The notes under the pieces: model-generated
The model's database searches: none
Seen by the model: the letters and a program-made list of their open reading frames with translations, nothing else
Told to the model about the DNA's origin: nothing
DNA from: Chiloscyllium plagiosum
Taxonomy: Eukaryota
NCBI RefSeq assembly: GCF_004010195.1
Contig: NC_057719.1
Span: 45,240,423-45,304,422 of the forward strand
Direction of reading: 5' to 3'
DNA length: 64,000 nucleotides
In this document: positions 27,701-42,700 of the stretch, piece after piece
Layout of the letters: every line of letters starts with the position of its first letter
How positions within the stretch are numbered: the stretch's first letter is position 1
Program-made: the position numbers and the translations under genes

Positions 27701-30700
27701 AGGAAGATTGACTTTGCAGGACCACCTCGTCATACAGCTGTAGTCGTCTTTGCACTGATACTGTCATTTACATGGTCATGTTGTACAGCATAGATAGTAG
27801 TACCTGTTTTGTTTTGTGGGATATGAACATTGCTAACAAGGTCAGCATTTATTGCCCATCCCTAACTGCCCTTGAATTGATTTGTTTGCTCGACCATTTC
27901 AGAGGTCAGCTAATAAACAGCCACATTGCTGCAGGCCTGTAATCACATGTAGCCTGGAAGGAAAAGCAGCAAAATTTGTAAATGGTACATACTGATCTAG
28001 CACATCTTGTATACTTCAAAACTGAGCTCCAGTATGACCTCTCCCCAATGTGGGAGGCCAGACTTTCATCCTGAAAGTATGTCACTGAACAAGGTTTCAT
28101 TTTTTCCAACAATCAATGATAAATATTGAGACTTGCTTTCAATTCCAGATTATATGGATGAATTAAGTTTCAAATCTACTAGTTGTTATATTGGGATTAG
28201 AACCCATATTCTCAAAGCATTAGCCTAGACTTTTGGGTTATTAGTCCAATGACATCACCATTATGTAACAATCTCCCAGCTGAAAGCACTTTCGAGGTGG
28301 GACGTAGTTTGGCGGTGGGCAGAAGTGGGGAAAAGTTTCAACAGGTACCAGAAAACACGAAGAATGATGAACCTACAGAATAAACTTCTTGAACAATGGA
28401 ATTAATAAAGGAAATTTTGATGCTAAAATGGGGAAGAAAGTGACTGCTTCTCTGGATGAATAAACTAAATTGGCTTATATTCCTCCTTGCCTGTAATTAC
28501 TTTGTGAAAATATCCCTAAAAGGCAATACATAGATGGAGGGGATAACAGACTGATTACATCTACTATTTCCATGACAATATGAAACATACAGCTGCTCAA
28601 ACTAGATCACTTTTAAAAACAATTAAAATCTTTATGAACAATTCCATTTTGTTACAACATGGGTCATTTTGCTTAATCACAACACTGACTGACCTGGCTG
28701 TCCACACTGTGGTTGACCAGTTCCAGGGGGTGTCCTTGTTCCAGGAATTTCCTGTCCCCTTTCATCGACACACCAGCAGTGGCCTGTACTGCCATGGCAC
28801 TGCAGAGGCTTGAATTTCCCCTCCTCATCACACTCAGGGATATAGGCCCCAACAAGAGGTTGTGATCCACGCAGGTTCAGCTCTGCTTGCAGTCTCTCCC
28901 GATACTGTTCACAAATAGTCTTTGGGCGTTCATCAGTGGCTAAACAAAATAGTTTTTGAAACTTACAAATTAAAAGTACAACTCTCTCAAATTAGGTCAC
29001 GTAATACCTCTCCATGCATTACTACATTTTTACCAGATTCTTTATATGAAAGAAAATATATTGGAACCAACATGCTTTAAATACACTTCACATGTATTCA
29101 TTGCCTCAAATTGGTCCAAATTCTAATCGTTACCAGAGATGTCTCAGAACTCACAAGGTTTTAGTGTTTTGAAGTGTTATGTAGCTCATATCAGACAATC
29201 CTAGGTGTTTGCAGGTATAATCTTATAAATGCTACTTTCTGAGAAATTATAGTGAAGAACTGCCTTGACAATAGTTTTCTCAGAGAATTTGTTTCTTGTC
29301 ATCTCATCAGAAATATACGTTTTGTTGTACATGGTGGATATTTTTACATAGTAACGTGAAGTGGAGAAAATGTAATTTGTGGACATAGAAATCATGTATG
29401 GAGCTGGTGAATAATAAAAGTGTATGAAATGCAGAAAAAGACCAAATGGAATGAAAGTTAAACCTAAAGACTGGAACACTTCAAAAAGGACAAGATAATA
29501 CTTTTTGGTTTATTTTTATTTTCTTATCATTTTCTAATGGTCTCTGATCAATTTTAATTCATTATGCTTACCTGTTTGCTCAGTGCATGTATTCCTGAAG
29601 AGATACACACACTTTTCCAAGCTTGAAACTCTGAATAAATGACAAATTAATTTGATATGAACCAGAAAGATGGGAACAAAACAGAGAGATCAATAGAAAT
29701 GAAGGATACCGCAGATATTCTGAGCTGGTTGACAATAGAAGAGAATGATGAGGAATGTGAGACAAATATTCAGGAATGATAATGAAATTTCTTCAGTGCA
29801 AATCGATATGCTTTACCCTGGTCATACTAATAGTTCAAACAATAAAGTAGGTGTTTTGTAAATACAAGAAACAAATGTCTAATTCAACTGCTTCAATGAT
29901 GATCAGCTTTTCATACGTTTTACTAAGTTAAAACAATCACTTCATGATAAGGTCACTTTCAATCTATTTTTTCTCTATATTTGGCATATTTAAGACACTG
30001 ACTGACCTGGCTGTCCACACTGTGGTCGATCAGTACCAGGAGGTGTCCTAGTGCCAGGAATTTCCTGTCCATTCTCATATACACACCAGCAGTGGCCTGT
30101 GCTGCTGTGGCATTGCAGAGGCCTGAAGTTCCCCTCCTCATCACACTCAGGGATATGGATTCCAATAAGAGGTTGTGATCCATGCAGTCTCAACTGTGTT
30201 TGTATCCTTTCTCGATGTTCTTCACAAGCAGACTTTGGATGATCACTGGCTGCTAATCAAATAAAACAACAATTGGACACATTTCCAAATTGTATGTTAA
30301 AGTATCTCAAACTGAGTCAATATTGTTTCTTCTTGTATAGTGCATTTTGTCACCAGTCTGTTTTTTGGGGACAGAGAACACAATTAAACCAATAAATTGG
30401 AGTAGATATCATTTCTCACATTATGGTTAATTCAACAGCTCAAATTGATCCAAATTTTATCACCAAGAGGACAGGGGTACACATTTACCTAGTGGCATTT
30501 AGTATCTTCAATGAGTCTTGTCTGACTTATTCGTCATACACAAAAGTAGATTTTTGTTAAGTGTTATCTGATGTGTTACTTTTAAGAGTTTAATTGTGAT
30601 AAACTGCCTGGCTGACTCATTGAATTCCATTGTTGTGTAATTGGAAATACATTTGGTTGACAATAAAGGATAGGTTGGTTTTATGTTGTAATGTGATTTG

Positions 30701-33700
30701 GAACAATTTTTTTTGCTGGGGTCAAGGATTTTGGGTGAATTTTCACCTGACCAGGTGGACAGGATATGAGTGGGTTTGCCACTGGGCAGTTTGTTAAAAG
30801 GACATCAGTTGTCATTGTGTTGGGAAGCCAGCAGCATTAGACCAGTTTCAACTTCCAGCTCCAATCTCCATGTCTATTGCAGAGGAGAATCCTCCATAGG
30901 ACAGGTAGGTTGCCAATTTCAATATGGAGGCAGGTGGCATTGAAGGTCAGTTCAGACAAATGTGAAGTGATTCATTTTGGTAGGAAGAACACAGAGGAAA
31001 AAAGTACAAAATAAAGACTGTAACTGTAAATGGAGTGCAGGATCAGAGCTTTATATATAGATAAATTATTGAAGGCAGCAGGGCAGACCAAGCGAGCAAT
31101 TACTAAAGCAGTATTAACTGTAAAAAAAACTGGAAAATTGTACTAATAAATAATAGTTCTCTTGGGCTTTGTTAATAGGGAGATAGGATTAAGAGCAAGG
31201 AAGTTACATTGAACTTGTGTAAGGCATTAGCTCCACTTCTGTTAAGAGTATTGTGCCCAGTTCTGGACTTTGAATTTTCAGAAAGGTGCTAAGAAATTAG
31301 AGAATGTGCAGAAAAGAGATGCAAAAATGAACAAGGAACTTCAGTTATGATGATAGATTGGAGAAGCTGGAAATGTGTTGCTGGAAAAGCGCAGCAGGTC
31401 AGGCAGCATCCAGGGAACAGGAGAATCGACGTTTCGGGCATAAGCCCTTCTTCAGGAAGATTGGAGAAGCTACAATTGTTTTCCTTCAAGAAAATAAGGT
31501 GGAGAAGAGATTTAGTGTGCTTTTCAAAATTAGGAGTGTTCTGGAAAAAGCAGATAGGAATAAACTGTTTTTCCACTTCTGAAAGCATTGAGCAAGAGAG
31601 GGCACAGATTTAAAGGTATTAGTAAAAGAAGCAAAAAAGCTATAGGAGGAGAGATTTTCTCATACAGCAAGTGTTAGGATTGAAGTCCATTGCTTAACAT
31701 CGTGGTTGAGGTAGCTTCAATCGAGGTTTTCAGAAAGGAGTTAGGCTGTTATCTGAAAAAGATGATGTGCAGGGTTACGGGAAGAAGGCAAGAGAATGGG
31801 ACAGATTAGTGGCTCATTCAAAAGGCTGGTGTAGACATGGACCAAATGGCCTTCTACTGTGTTGTAAAAATTTTATCAATTTGTGATAGCATACCATATG
31901 TGGAAAACATTTTATATTCAAAGGTAAGTGTGGAGAAAATTTTAAACTAGTGGCAATGATTTTATGTCATAGGATTAGTGAATGATAAAAATGATGAAAT
32001 AGAAAGAGAAGGATTAGAACACAAACAACAAAAATAATTTCTTTTCAATTCTTTTCATCACCATTAATTCTCTTTTTAATTTTAATCCTTTGCATTCGCC
32101 TGTTAGCTCACCATATGTGCTTGTGAATCTTTGAGACATTGACACAACTGTCTAAAGTTAACAATCTGAATAGACGGTGAATTAATTTGTTGAGAACGAG
32201 TGAAACAGGAATAGAAAAGAGAGATCAGGGGAAATGCAAGGTGTATGTTTATTATGAGCTGGTTGTCAAAAGGGGAGAATGATTGGATATGTGGTGGCAG
32301 AGGACAAACATCAGGAAAGGCAATCAAACCACATCAGCGTAACTAACAATGGTCAGGTATTTTATCCCAGTCATATTTAGAGCCCAAAGTCAAAGAACAG
32401 ATACAAGCATTTATAAACAGAGGAAATAATTACTCCTTAAATCACCTCTTTCAATGATGATCAGTTTTTCACATATACATTACAGAATAGAATCACTTTA
32501 AACTCTTTGAACTCATAATATCCTACAATATCAGATCTTTCATGCATTTTAAACCACTGACTGACCTGGCAGCCCACAGCGAGGTCGAGCACTTCCAGGT
32601 GGTGTCCGAGTTCCCGGAATTTCCTGTCCGTTTTCATATACACACCAGCAGTGGCCTGAACTGCTGTGGCACTGCACAGATCTGAACTTCCCCTCTTCAT
32701 CACACTCAGGGATATGGATTCCAACAAGAGCTTGATTTCCACGCAAGCTCATTTCCATTTGCAGTCTCTCTCGATGTTGCTCACAAGCAGTTTTTGAACG
32801 TTCATTAATTTCTAATCAAACATAAAGAAACTGGTTTTGAAAGAATTACAAATTAACAAGAGCAAGTCTCTCAAATTGAGTCTATTGGGTCTTTTGATAC
32901 CTTGTTGCTGTCAACAGTCAGTTCATAAGAAAGACAACATCCCCAAGTCAATGTGTTTTAAATACAATTCATTTCACATTTCATGGTTAATTTATATCAA
33001 ATTGATCCAGATTCTATCACAACTGTATCCATTAAAATTTAATATTTTCATAGAGTCATAAAACATAGAAACAGGCTCTTCAGCCAACCAAAAAAACACC
33101 AAACTACACTAATCTTGTTTACCTGCACGTGGTTCATAGCCTCCCCTGCCCTGTCATTTTAAATACTCATAGATGCTTCTTAAATGTTGCAAGAGTACTT
33201 GCTTCCAACACCCTCTCAGAATGTTCCATATATCTACCACCTTCTGGGTGAAAATGTTTTTTCTTAAATCTCTTCTAAACCACTTGCTTCTCATCTTCAA
33301 TTTGTGCCCTCTGGTCTTAGACACATCTGCCAAAGAGATTCTCACAATCTCCTCTGTCTACACCTTTCAACTTTGTCTACCTCAGTTAGAACCCCCTCAG
33401 CCTCCTCTGCTCCAAGGAAAACAAATCCAGTTGATCCAGGAAACCCAGTCTCTCCTCATAACTGAGGACTTCCATCCCAGGCAACATCCAGGTGAATCTT
33501 CTTTGCAGTCTCTCCAGTGCAGTCACATCCTTCCAATAGAACTGCACATGGAATCCATCTCTAGCCTAACCAAGTTTAATAAAGTTGTAAAAAGACGTTC
33601 TTGCTCCTATGTTCTATGCCCTAGCTAATAAAGGCAAGCAATCCCCTATACCTTCTTCACTACCCTGTCTATCTATGCTGATACTTCCTGGAATTAAGGG

Positions 33701-36700
33701 CTACGGGGAGAACGCTGGTAAGTGGAGCTGAAATGCGCATCAGCCATGATTGAATGGCGAAGTGGACTCGATGGGCCGAATGGCCTTACTTCCACTCCTA
33801 TGTCTTATGGTCTTATGGTCTTATGATTGATGGGCTTGTACACCAAAGTTCCTTTGTTCCTCAGTATTCCCTGGGGACTCACTGTTCAATGTATATATCC
33901 TTTCCTTGTTAGACCTCCCAAAATGCATTTATAGGATTAAATTCTACCTTCCATTGCTCTGCCCAATTTACCTGATGATCAATATCCGACCATAGCCTGA
34001 GCCTATCCTTCTCATTATCAACAATATCATTAATATTCATGTAATTTGCAAACTTATCAATTATACCTTCTACGTTCACATCCAAATTGTTAAACTACAA
34101 TTGGTTTTATATGTTAGTATTAGAAATGTTTTAGAACCCTTTAAGAGTAAAATGGAACAGGTCCACAATTTATGTAGAGCAGATGACACTCATTGAATTT
34201 TATATTTGAGAGATGTATTCTAGAAATTAAGCTGCTGTGGCAATGTTTCTATCTCTGTACCAGAAGGCCCAGGTTTCAAGTCCCACCTACTGTAGAGATG
34301 TATGATAGATAATTGGAATATTGCGTGCAATTGATGTTGCAAAACTTGAAAGGGTTCAGAAAAGATTTACAAGGATGTTGCTAGAGTTGGAGGGTTTAAG
34401 CTATACTGAGAGACTGAATAGGCTGGGGCTGTTTTCCCTGGAGCATCGGAGGTTGAGGGGTGACCTATAGAGGTTGATAAAATCATGAGAGGCATGGAAA
34501 GGATAAATCGAGAAAGCCTTTTCCCTGGAGTGGGGACGTCCAAAAGTAGAGGGCATAGGTTTAGGGTGAGAGGGGAAAGATATAAAAGGGACTTAAGGGG
34601 CAACTTTTTCATACAAAGGGTTATGGTGGAGGCTGGTACAATTAAAGCATTTAAAAGACATCTGGATGGTTATGTGAATAGGAAGGGTTTAGAGGGAAAT
34701 AGGCCAAGTGCTAGCAAATGGGACTAGATTGGGTTAGGACATCTGGTCGGCATGGACGAAGGGTCTGTTTCCATGCTGTACGTCTATAACACTATGACTC
34801 TAACTGGTCTGGGAATACAGGTTTCAATCCCACCATTGCAGCTGTTAGATTTTAAAGGGTAATTGGTTGAATTAGTTGTGAGTTTCCGACAATACAATGG
34901 CTTTAAGAGGTGTATTTTGTCCTGGCTTTTTTTTTGAAGAGCAGTTTTAAGCCAGAGGTGACGAGCTGTCTCTTCTAAGCCAATAAAGTAAACAGTTTGA
35001 GAAACCCTGGCCCTTTTTAATTGAATAGGTTAGAACAATAGAGACAATATGAATGGGTGGAGTCAGGCTTTCACAGAACCAGGGTTTTAGTTTAACTTTC
35101 ATTAGTTCTTGGGGTTATGAAGCTGGTTGTAGAATCTGTTTCATCTCTCTCTGCCACAGCAAAAATCTCTGCCAGAAATTTCCCTTGGTGTTCTTTTCTC
35201 CTGAACTGGAGAAACACAACATGAGATAATCTATTTTATCAAATTTGTCTTTACTGTTTGCAAAACCATTCTTCACACAGCAGAAAGTCACTTAGCAAAG
35301 GGATAGGCAAAAATGGGCAGGAAAGTAAATTCTAAGATGTAAGATCATGAAATGGAAATGTACCAGTGTAACATGGTGTAAAACACACACGTCAATCTCC
35401 TTGTGTAACTACAAATTCCCCTCTTCCTTTTTCTATTACTCCCAAATGGGGCTAGCCATATGACTTCAGCAGAACCAGAGGAAGGTTGCTCAATGCCTTG
35501 CTCTGTCTGCTCAAATGTTCTTCGCCCTAGGTCCTCTGGGGTTGGAGCCCATAAAGACACACCAAAGACTGCCCCATCAGCACCAATGCAGGAGCAGATT
35601 TGGCCATTTAGACAAGGGATAGAAAATATGATTCCAGTTGAGGGGCTGCCAATGGGGGAAACGGAGTAGTGCCACCAAGGAGGGGTAAAGATTCAGAGAT
35701 TGAAGCACCTTGAACAGCACATTCATTTCCATGTTCCCTTGACCCATCTTCTGTCACCCTCATATCCCTGCAACCAATAAGCTGGACAGCACTTTCCTGC
35801 ATTAAGAGAGATAGCGTATGACCAAGGCCACGTTTTCTAAAAATACAAACTGAAAGAATTGTGGATGCTGGAAATCAGAAACGAAAGCTGAAACTGCTGG
35901 AAAAGCTCAGCAAGTTTAGCATCATCTGTACAGAGAAATCAGAGTTAATGTTTCAGGTCCAGTGACTCTTTCTCAGAAAAATCCTGCTTCAGGCTGTATT
36001 CTGAGTGGACATGCCATTGGCAAGCACTTGGTCGAGGGCCACATCTGATGCTCAGTGTCAGTGGCCACACTTTCCACAAGAGTAGATATCAGCACAAAGA
36101 CCTGAAACACCTCAGCATGTATGTCCTGCAGTTCTCATCAGGGGGTGTATCTGAGTTAATGGAGGAGGCACATAAATCAAGTGATCATGCTTTCTGAGAG
36201 ATGAATAGCCACTCTTGAGGAGTCTTCTTTCTGGTTGTTGAGCGTAAGTGGCTTCATCTGGTTCGCATCATGCCACTTGATCTAGTTGTTTGGGAAATGG
36301 GAACTGAGATGCAAATGAGTAGGAAAGTCACCTACAAAAGCCCAGTTGAACTTCATGTTCTTCCTCATGCTTTCCCTCTGTCAGTGAGTTAGGAGGTTAA
36401 AATTCTATCCCTCCATTGACTAGTGCTCCCAGGGATGGGAGCCTCAGTGGAGGTGTGGTGAGTGAAATAGAATAAAGTAATGTGACATAATTTAATTTAA
36501 GTTAATTTGAATTCAGTTTAACTTAAACTAAACTAAAATCAAATTAAATAAAAGTTAAGTAGATACGTTTGTTCTGGTGGAATAGTAGGTAGTTCATTAT
36601 TAATAGAATTGTAATATGACATTGTTGTACTGCCTCTTTCTGTTTTTTTATATATAGATGTTTTATAAAAGATTTGAAAAAGTTTCTAATAAAAATATTT

Positions 36701-39700
36701 TTTAAAAAACATTTCCACCCATGTTACAGCATTATTGAATGACAAAAATATAAGAATAGTAGAAAATATTCAATAGAAAGATAACATAGACTGGAACATC
36801 TAAATAAAAAGGTATCACTATAACTGACACAGAAGCAGAACACTGAAGTAAAAACAAGTGCCAGGGAAACTCAGCTGTGCAATGCAAAACAGAGTTAACA
36901 TTTCCAGTCAGACATGACTCTTTTTCAGTTGATTTCACCAAGTTCCAAGCTAAAATCACTTTAAGTAAATTAAGGTTCCTTTGAATCTTCATTTTTCCTA
37001 CAATACTGGTCATTTCATATATTAAAACATTGACTAACCTGGTACGCCACAGCGGGGTGGGTCAGTTCCAGGAGGCGTCTGAGTCCCAGGAATTTCCTGT
37101 CCATTCTCATATACACACCAGCAGCGGCCTGTGCTGCTATGACATTGCAGAGGTCTGAAGTTCCCCTCCTCATCACACTCAGGGATATGAATTCCAACAA
37201 GAGTTCCACGCAGCCGCAGCTCTGCTTGAAGTCTCTCTTGATACTGTTCACAAGCAGTCTTTACCCGTTCATTGATTGCTAACCAATGAATAAAGAGAAT
37301 TGTTTGGACAGAATTACATATTTTCTCAAAGGACCTGTTTTAAAGTGCACTTTCACTATTTTGGATTTCCAATACTACAGAGGTAATTTCTACTGCTTTG
37401 GTTTCCAAATGGATTGATGTACACACCTCTGCAGCAGCAACAGGAACTTTACTGTTACAGATCCCATGATCATCTGATTTGAAGGTAGATATTTTCTAAC
37501 CAACCTGTTCAGAGATATTACTACACACCTCTGTACCAGGTGGGACTTGAACCCAGGCCTCCTGGCTAAGAGGTAGGGACAATATATTTCCATGAATTAC
37601 ACACAGATGCCCAAACAAGTTCCATTCAGACACACTTTTAAGAACATTCTTTTTAACCCTTTTATTTGCTGTTACACTGGTCATTCTCAATATGCAAACA
37701 GTGACTGACCTGGCTGTCCACATTGTGGCTGACTGGTTCCAGGGGATGTTCTCGTCCCTGGAATTTGCTGTCCATTCTCATATACGCACCAGCAGTACCC
37801 TGTACCGCTGTCGCACTGCAGAGGCTTGAAGTTTCCCTCTTCATCACACTCAGGGATATGGACTCCAATAATAGGATGTGATCCACGTGACTCTGATTGC
37901 AATCTGTCTCGATGCTGTTCACAGGCAGTCTTTGGACGTTCATTGTTTGCTAATCAAACAAAAAGAAACTGATTTTGGAACAATAACAAATTAAAAGTAG
38001 AAATCTCTTAACTCTGGTCATGTAACATCTCTTCCACCTTGTATCGTGAACGGCCTGGTTACAGCTAATACGTATTAATGTGTTAATTTACTGAAAAGTG
38101 ATGGAAGTAAAATAGACCTTGGGGCAAATGGTTTATGTCACATGGTTGTGGACTGGCAACAACCTAAGGAAGCATACAATTACAACAGAAAATGACACTC
38201 TAGAATAATTAAACATAAGGAACTAAAAGGCTAATGCACTGAATGGTTACAGAAAGAAGCGTATTGATTTCACTCTTTCTGCAATTTTGATATTTACAGA
38301 TTTAAACAAAATTAGTTTTTATTCACATTGCTCATTACATCTATTTCTGAATCCTAGAGTGAACTGTCATGTTTGTTCAGCTGAAAAATCTGAATAAATA
38401 GCAAATAAATTTGGGGAGATAAAGAAAGCAAAGGAACATCTGTAGAAAAGAGATCAGTAAAAAGGATATGGGACATACCGAGAGCTGGGCAACAACAGAC
38501 ACGAATGATGGGAGAGGTGGGGGCAGCAATTGTGAAGGATAATCAGACCTTTAGGATGCAAATAAATGTTTCTCAGTGTTTTGTTCCTGTCATGTGTCAC
38601 AATCACTAGCTGATCCAAAACCGGCTGTTCCATAATAAGCTGTTTTTATAAATTACATATTACTGTGTGGCCAAATTTAAGGCTAGACTCACTTAAGCAT
38701 ATTAGAGTCTCTTTGAACTCCTCTATTTTGCTACAACCTGGGTCATTTTGCTGAATTACAACACTGACTGACCTGGCTGCCCACACTGTGGTTGACCAGT
38801 TCCAGGTGGTGTCCTCGTCCCAGGAATTTCCTGTCCCCTTTCATCCACACACCAGCAGTGGCCTGTACTGCCATGGCATTGCAGAGGCTTGAAGTTCCCC
38901 TCCTCGTCACACTCAGGGATATAGGCCCCAACAAGAGATTGTGATCCACGCAGGTTCAGCTCTGCTCGCAGTCTCTCTCGGTGCTGTTCACAAATAGTCT
39001 TTGGGCGTTCAGTGGATACTAAATCAAACAAAACGATCCTGATTTTAAAATAACTGCAGAACAAAAGTACTATCTTGCAAGTTGAGTTAAGGAATGTTGC
39101 TTTTTGTTGCTGTCAATTTGTTTATTAGAATCAAACAGACAGAATGAGTAGGAATTTTACAAATACAAATTAGGTCATGTGATGTCTCTTTTTCTTTGCA
39201 CAAATGTTGTCAACAGCCTGATTATAGGAATTAAAACAGCCATAAGCTGATCTGCTTTCATGTCTTGTACATTTCATACAATGCTGTATGTTCTTCATCT
39301 TCTAGTTCAATTCATGTAATGAGCTGCTGTCCCCACCAGTGTTCAGACAGAACTAAAGTTCCATACTTTAGTGGAGACCTAACGCTAGGTTTTCTTCATT
39401 ATTTGATGAATGTTCTTTTGTGAGCATTATTGGAGGAACTGAGACAGCAGCTATTTCTTGCAGAAAATGTTCTTCTCAGGAAAGTGGAAGGAACTTTGGT
39501 CAAGTAGGCCTGTGTAGGATTTATTTGACTGAATTGTGATATGGGAAAAGATGATGTATGGCTTATCTACTGACAAAAATGCAACAGGTATAGCAAATAA
39601 AAAAGCTAAATGTCTGAGGGTTTTTTACTTTAATCCTTCATCATTATCTTTAATCCTATAATCATTGTTTGAGTCAAGATATAGCATCTTTTCCAAAGTG

Positions 39701-42700
39701 GTTGGCCTGAATAAATGGTGAATCCATTTGGTGAGATCCAGGATGTCATAGAAACACCAATGAAAAAGTGAGATCAGTTGATAGAAGAATATAAGGGGTT
39801 GGTTGACAACAGAAGATAAATATGGGAAAGGGATACGGAAATACCCAGGGAAGACCATGGGACTTTTTTGGATGTAAATGAGTATGGTCAGACATATTGC
39901 CCAGTCATATGTACTGAATAATACCAACATGGGTGAAAGGCCATTAATAGTCACAGGAAATGATTAGACCAGATCACCTATTCCATAATAATGTTTGTAT
40001 AATTTACACAAATGAATTGCTAAACTCCAAGTTAGACACATTTTTAAAAAAAATGCCTTGAACTTCTCAATTCGTTTTCTGCAATGTGAGTCACTGTTTA
40101 ATTATAATACTGACTGACCTGGCTGTCCACACTGTGGTTGACTAATTCCAGGTGGTGTCCTTGTCCCAGGAATTTCCTGTCCCCTTTCATCCACACACCA
40201 GCAGTGGCCTGTACTGCCATGGCACTGCAGAGGCTTGAAGTTCCCCTGCTTATCACACTGAGGGATATAGGCTCCAATTAGAGGTGTCAAGCCTAAGTGC
40301 ACTCTCTCTTGGTGCTGTTCACAAAGAGTCTTTGGACGTTCATTTGTTACTAATTAAAGAAAAAGAACCTGGTTTTCAAACAGACAAAAACAAAAGTACA
40401 AAACAGACAAACAATGTCATCTAATATAGCCTCCTGTATAGGGACTATTTCACCAGCCTCATTATGGGATATAAAATATACCTATACCCATATACTTTAA
40501 ATACAATGCCCCTCATACATTCTAGGTGCATCAGCTGAATTTGCTTTTAATTCTTTCAGATATGCCTGTTGTCAGTCAGAATTTGGATTTTGAGTGTGGT
40601 TTATTCTAGATATCTGTGTATATTTTACTTATTAGCAATCATTACAAAAGTTTACTGTAAAGGGCTATGCTGGCAGCAACATCTCAATGAACCATGTAAT
40701 TGGAAAGGGAAATGATTAGCAGAAGAGCGTCTGTGAGATTTATTTTGTTGGAATGTGTTGGGGAGAAAATCAACTTTGGAGTGAAAGATTTTGGACTGAA
40801 TTTTAATCTACATGGGCACTGAATTGAATTTTAATTTAAGGGCAATGTGAGTTGTAGGAGGGGATGGTGATGCCTAAAAGTGTGCGAGGAACAGAAACAG
40901 ATGTAATTTATCTGCCAGTATCTTTTTAACTTGAAATCTTGCTGTGCTTGGACATCAGAGATGGACTGTTGGATGCCTACTAGCTAACTCATGGTCATTT
41001 TTCAGGTTTCTTATCCTATATACTGCAGGAAGCATGATGCCAACCCACCTGATACAATATCAACTCCATTACTTAATGGGACACTCCACACATAGTTAAA
41101 TTTGAAGTTGCCATAAAGAAACTTCGAGAGGGGTAAAGATTTCACCCCACTTCAGCAACATATCCCTCATGCTGAGGGAGACTCTATTTCCCAATAATGA
41201 GAGGAAGCAGCCTGATGGCAATGCAAAGACAAAGAGAATGTGGTTGAAGGTTGTCCAGGAGGTCAACAGCAGGCGGGTCGCACCAAACTGAGGGAGTGCA
41301 AGTTGATGTAGTGGAGAGATCAATAGCAGATCAGGTTTAATGCTGAGAAGTACTACGTAAGCATTTTGGTAGGAAGGATATGGACAGACAATATAACATC
41401 AGGGCTACAATTCTAAAGGAGGTGCAGGAACAGAGGAGCCTTGATGTGTATCTACACAGATCCTTTGAGAGAATAAAACATAGTGTTTCCTCAGCTTTAT
41501 TAATTGTGGCATAGTGTACAACAGCAAGGAGGTGATGCTGAACTTTTATAAGACACATCGGACATTAACTAGAATATTGTATACAGTTTTGGGTACCTCA
41601 ATGTAGGAAGATCTGAATGCATTGGAAAAAATGCAGAAGAGGTTTGCAAGAAGGGTTCCAGGCATGATAAACCGCAATCATAAGAATAGATTGGAGAAGG
41701 TGGGATTGTTCTCAGAGAGAAAAGGCACAAGGAAACCTGATAGAAGTTTAAAAAAAAAATCATGAAGAGGCTTTATAAAGTATCTAGGGAGAAACATTTG
41801 TAAAATTCCTAAAACACGTTGGTATAAATTTAAAGTGATTTGCAAAAGGATCTGCAAGCTGTATCAAAACCTTTTCATACAATGCATGGTTCAAATTTGG
41901 AAGGTACTGCCTGAAAGTCTGGGGGAAGCAGGTTCAATTGAGACATTCAAGAGGTCATTAGATTATTATTTAAACATAACCAATGTGTAAGGATACAGGA
42001 AAAAGGCAGGAGAATGGCATGAGGGATGGTGTAGACATGCCAGGCTGAATGGCCTCTTTCTGCACCATAATACTCCCGTGATTCTGAGTCATTTTTCTGA
42101 GTTTTCTTTCTAACTCTGAAATGATTTCTGAATTTCAGCAGCAGCTTTTAAGCAGCAGGAGAGAGAAAGAATATAGATTGCTAACAGCAAGGACCGAAAC
42201 ATACTCTGTCTCCCTGATTCATTTTTATATCTTGAAATGCATTGCTCAGTGAAAAAAGCAAATTGGGGAGATACTCATTCATTGAGAATTCATAGAGATT
42301 TCCAAACTTCGCCTTAATGAACATATAAGCAAATAACAAAACAATTCAGGCCTTTGATTAACAATCTAATACACCAAGGTCACTGAGGACTTCTAAAATG
42401 TATAGCTCTTATTCTTCCCTCCTTTTCAAACTTATTACATTGATTCTGTGCATTTGATTTTGATTTTTATCATTTTTAAATTTTCAGTTTTAATAAATAG
42501 CTAGTTAAAAAACATAGTAAATATGTCCTTTTGAATCATATACTATTCTCCTCATGGTTCACAATGCTTCCAAGTTTCACATCATCTGCAAGTTTTGAAA
42601 TTCAGCCCTGTCCACCAACTCATTAATATGTCAAAATATTAGGAATGTAAAGCAACAAGGAATATAAAACAGACTGGAAAATTTTCTATAGATATGTAAC

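Larger units (their letters stand above)
30960..31880 (+). mobile_element. Decayed CR1-like LINE 3' part
   Basis: Recognisable ORF2 C-terminal DNA and an aatggccttct tail. Confidence 0.7.
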
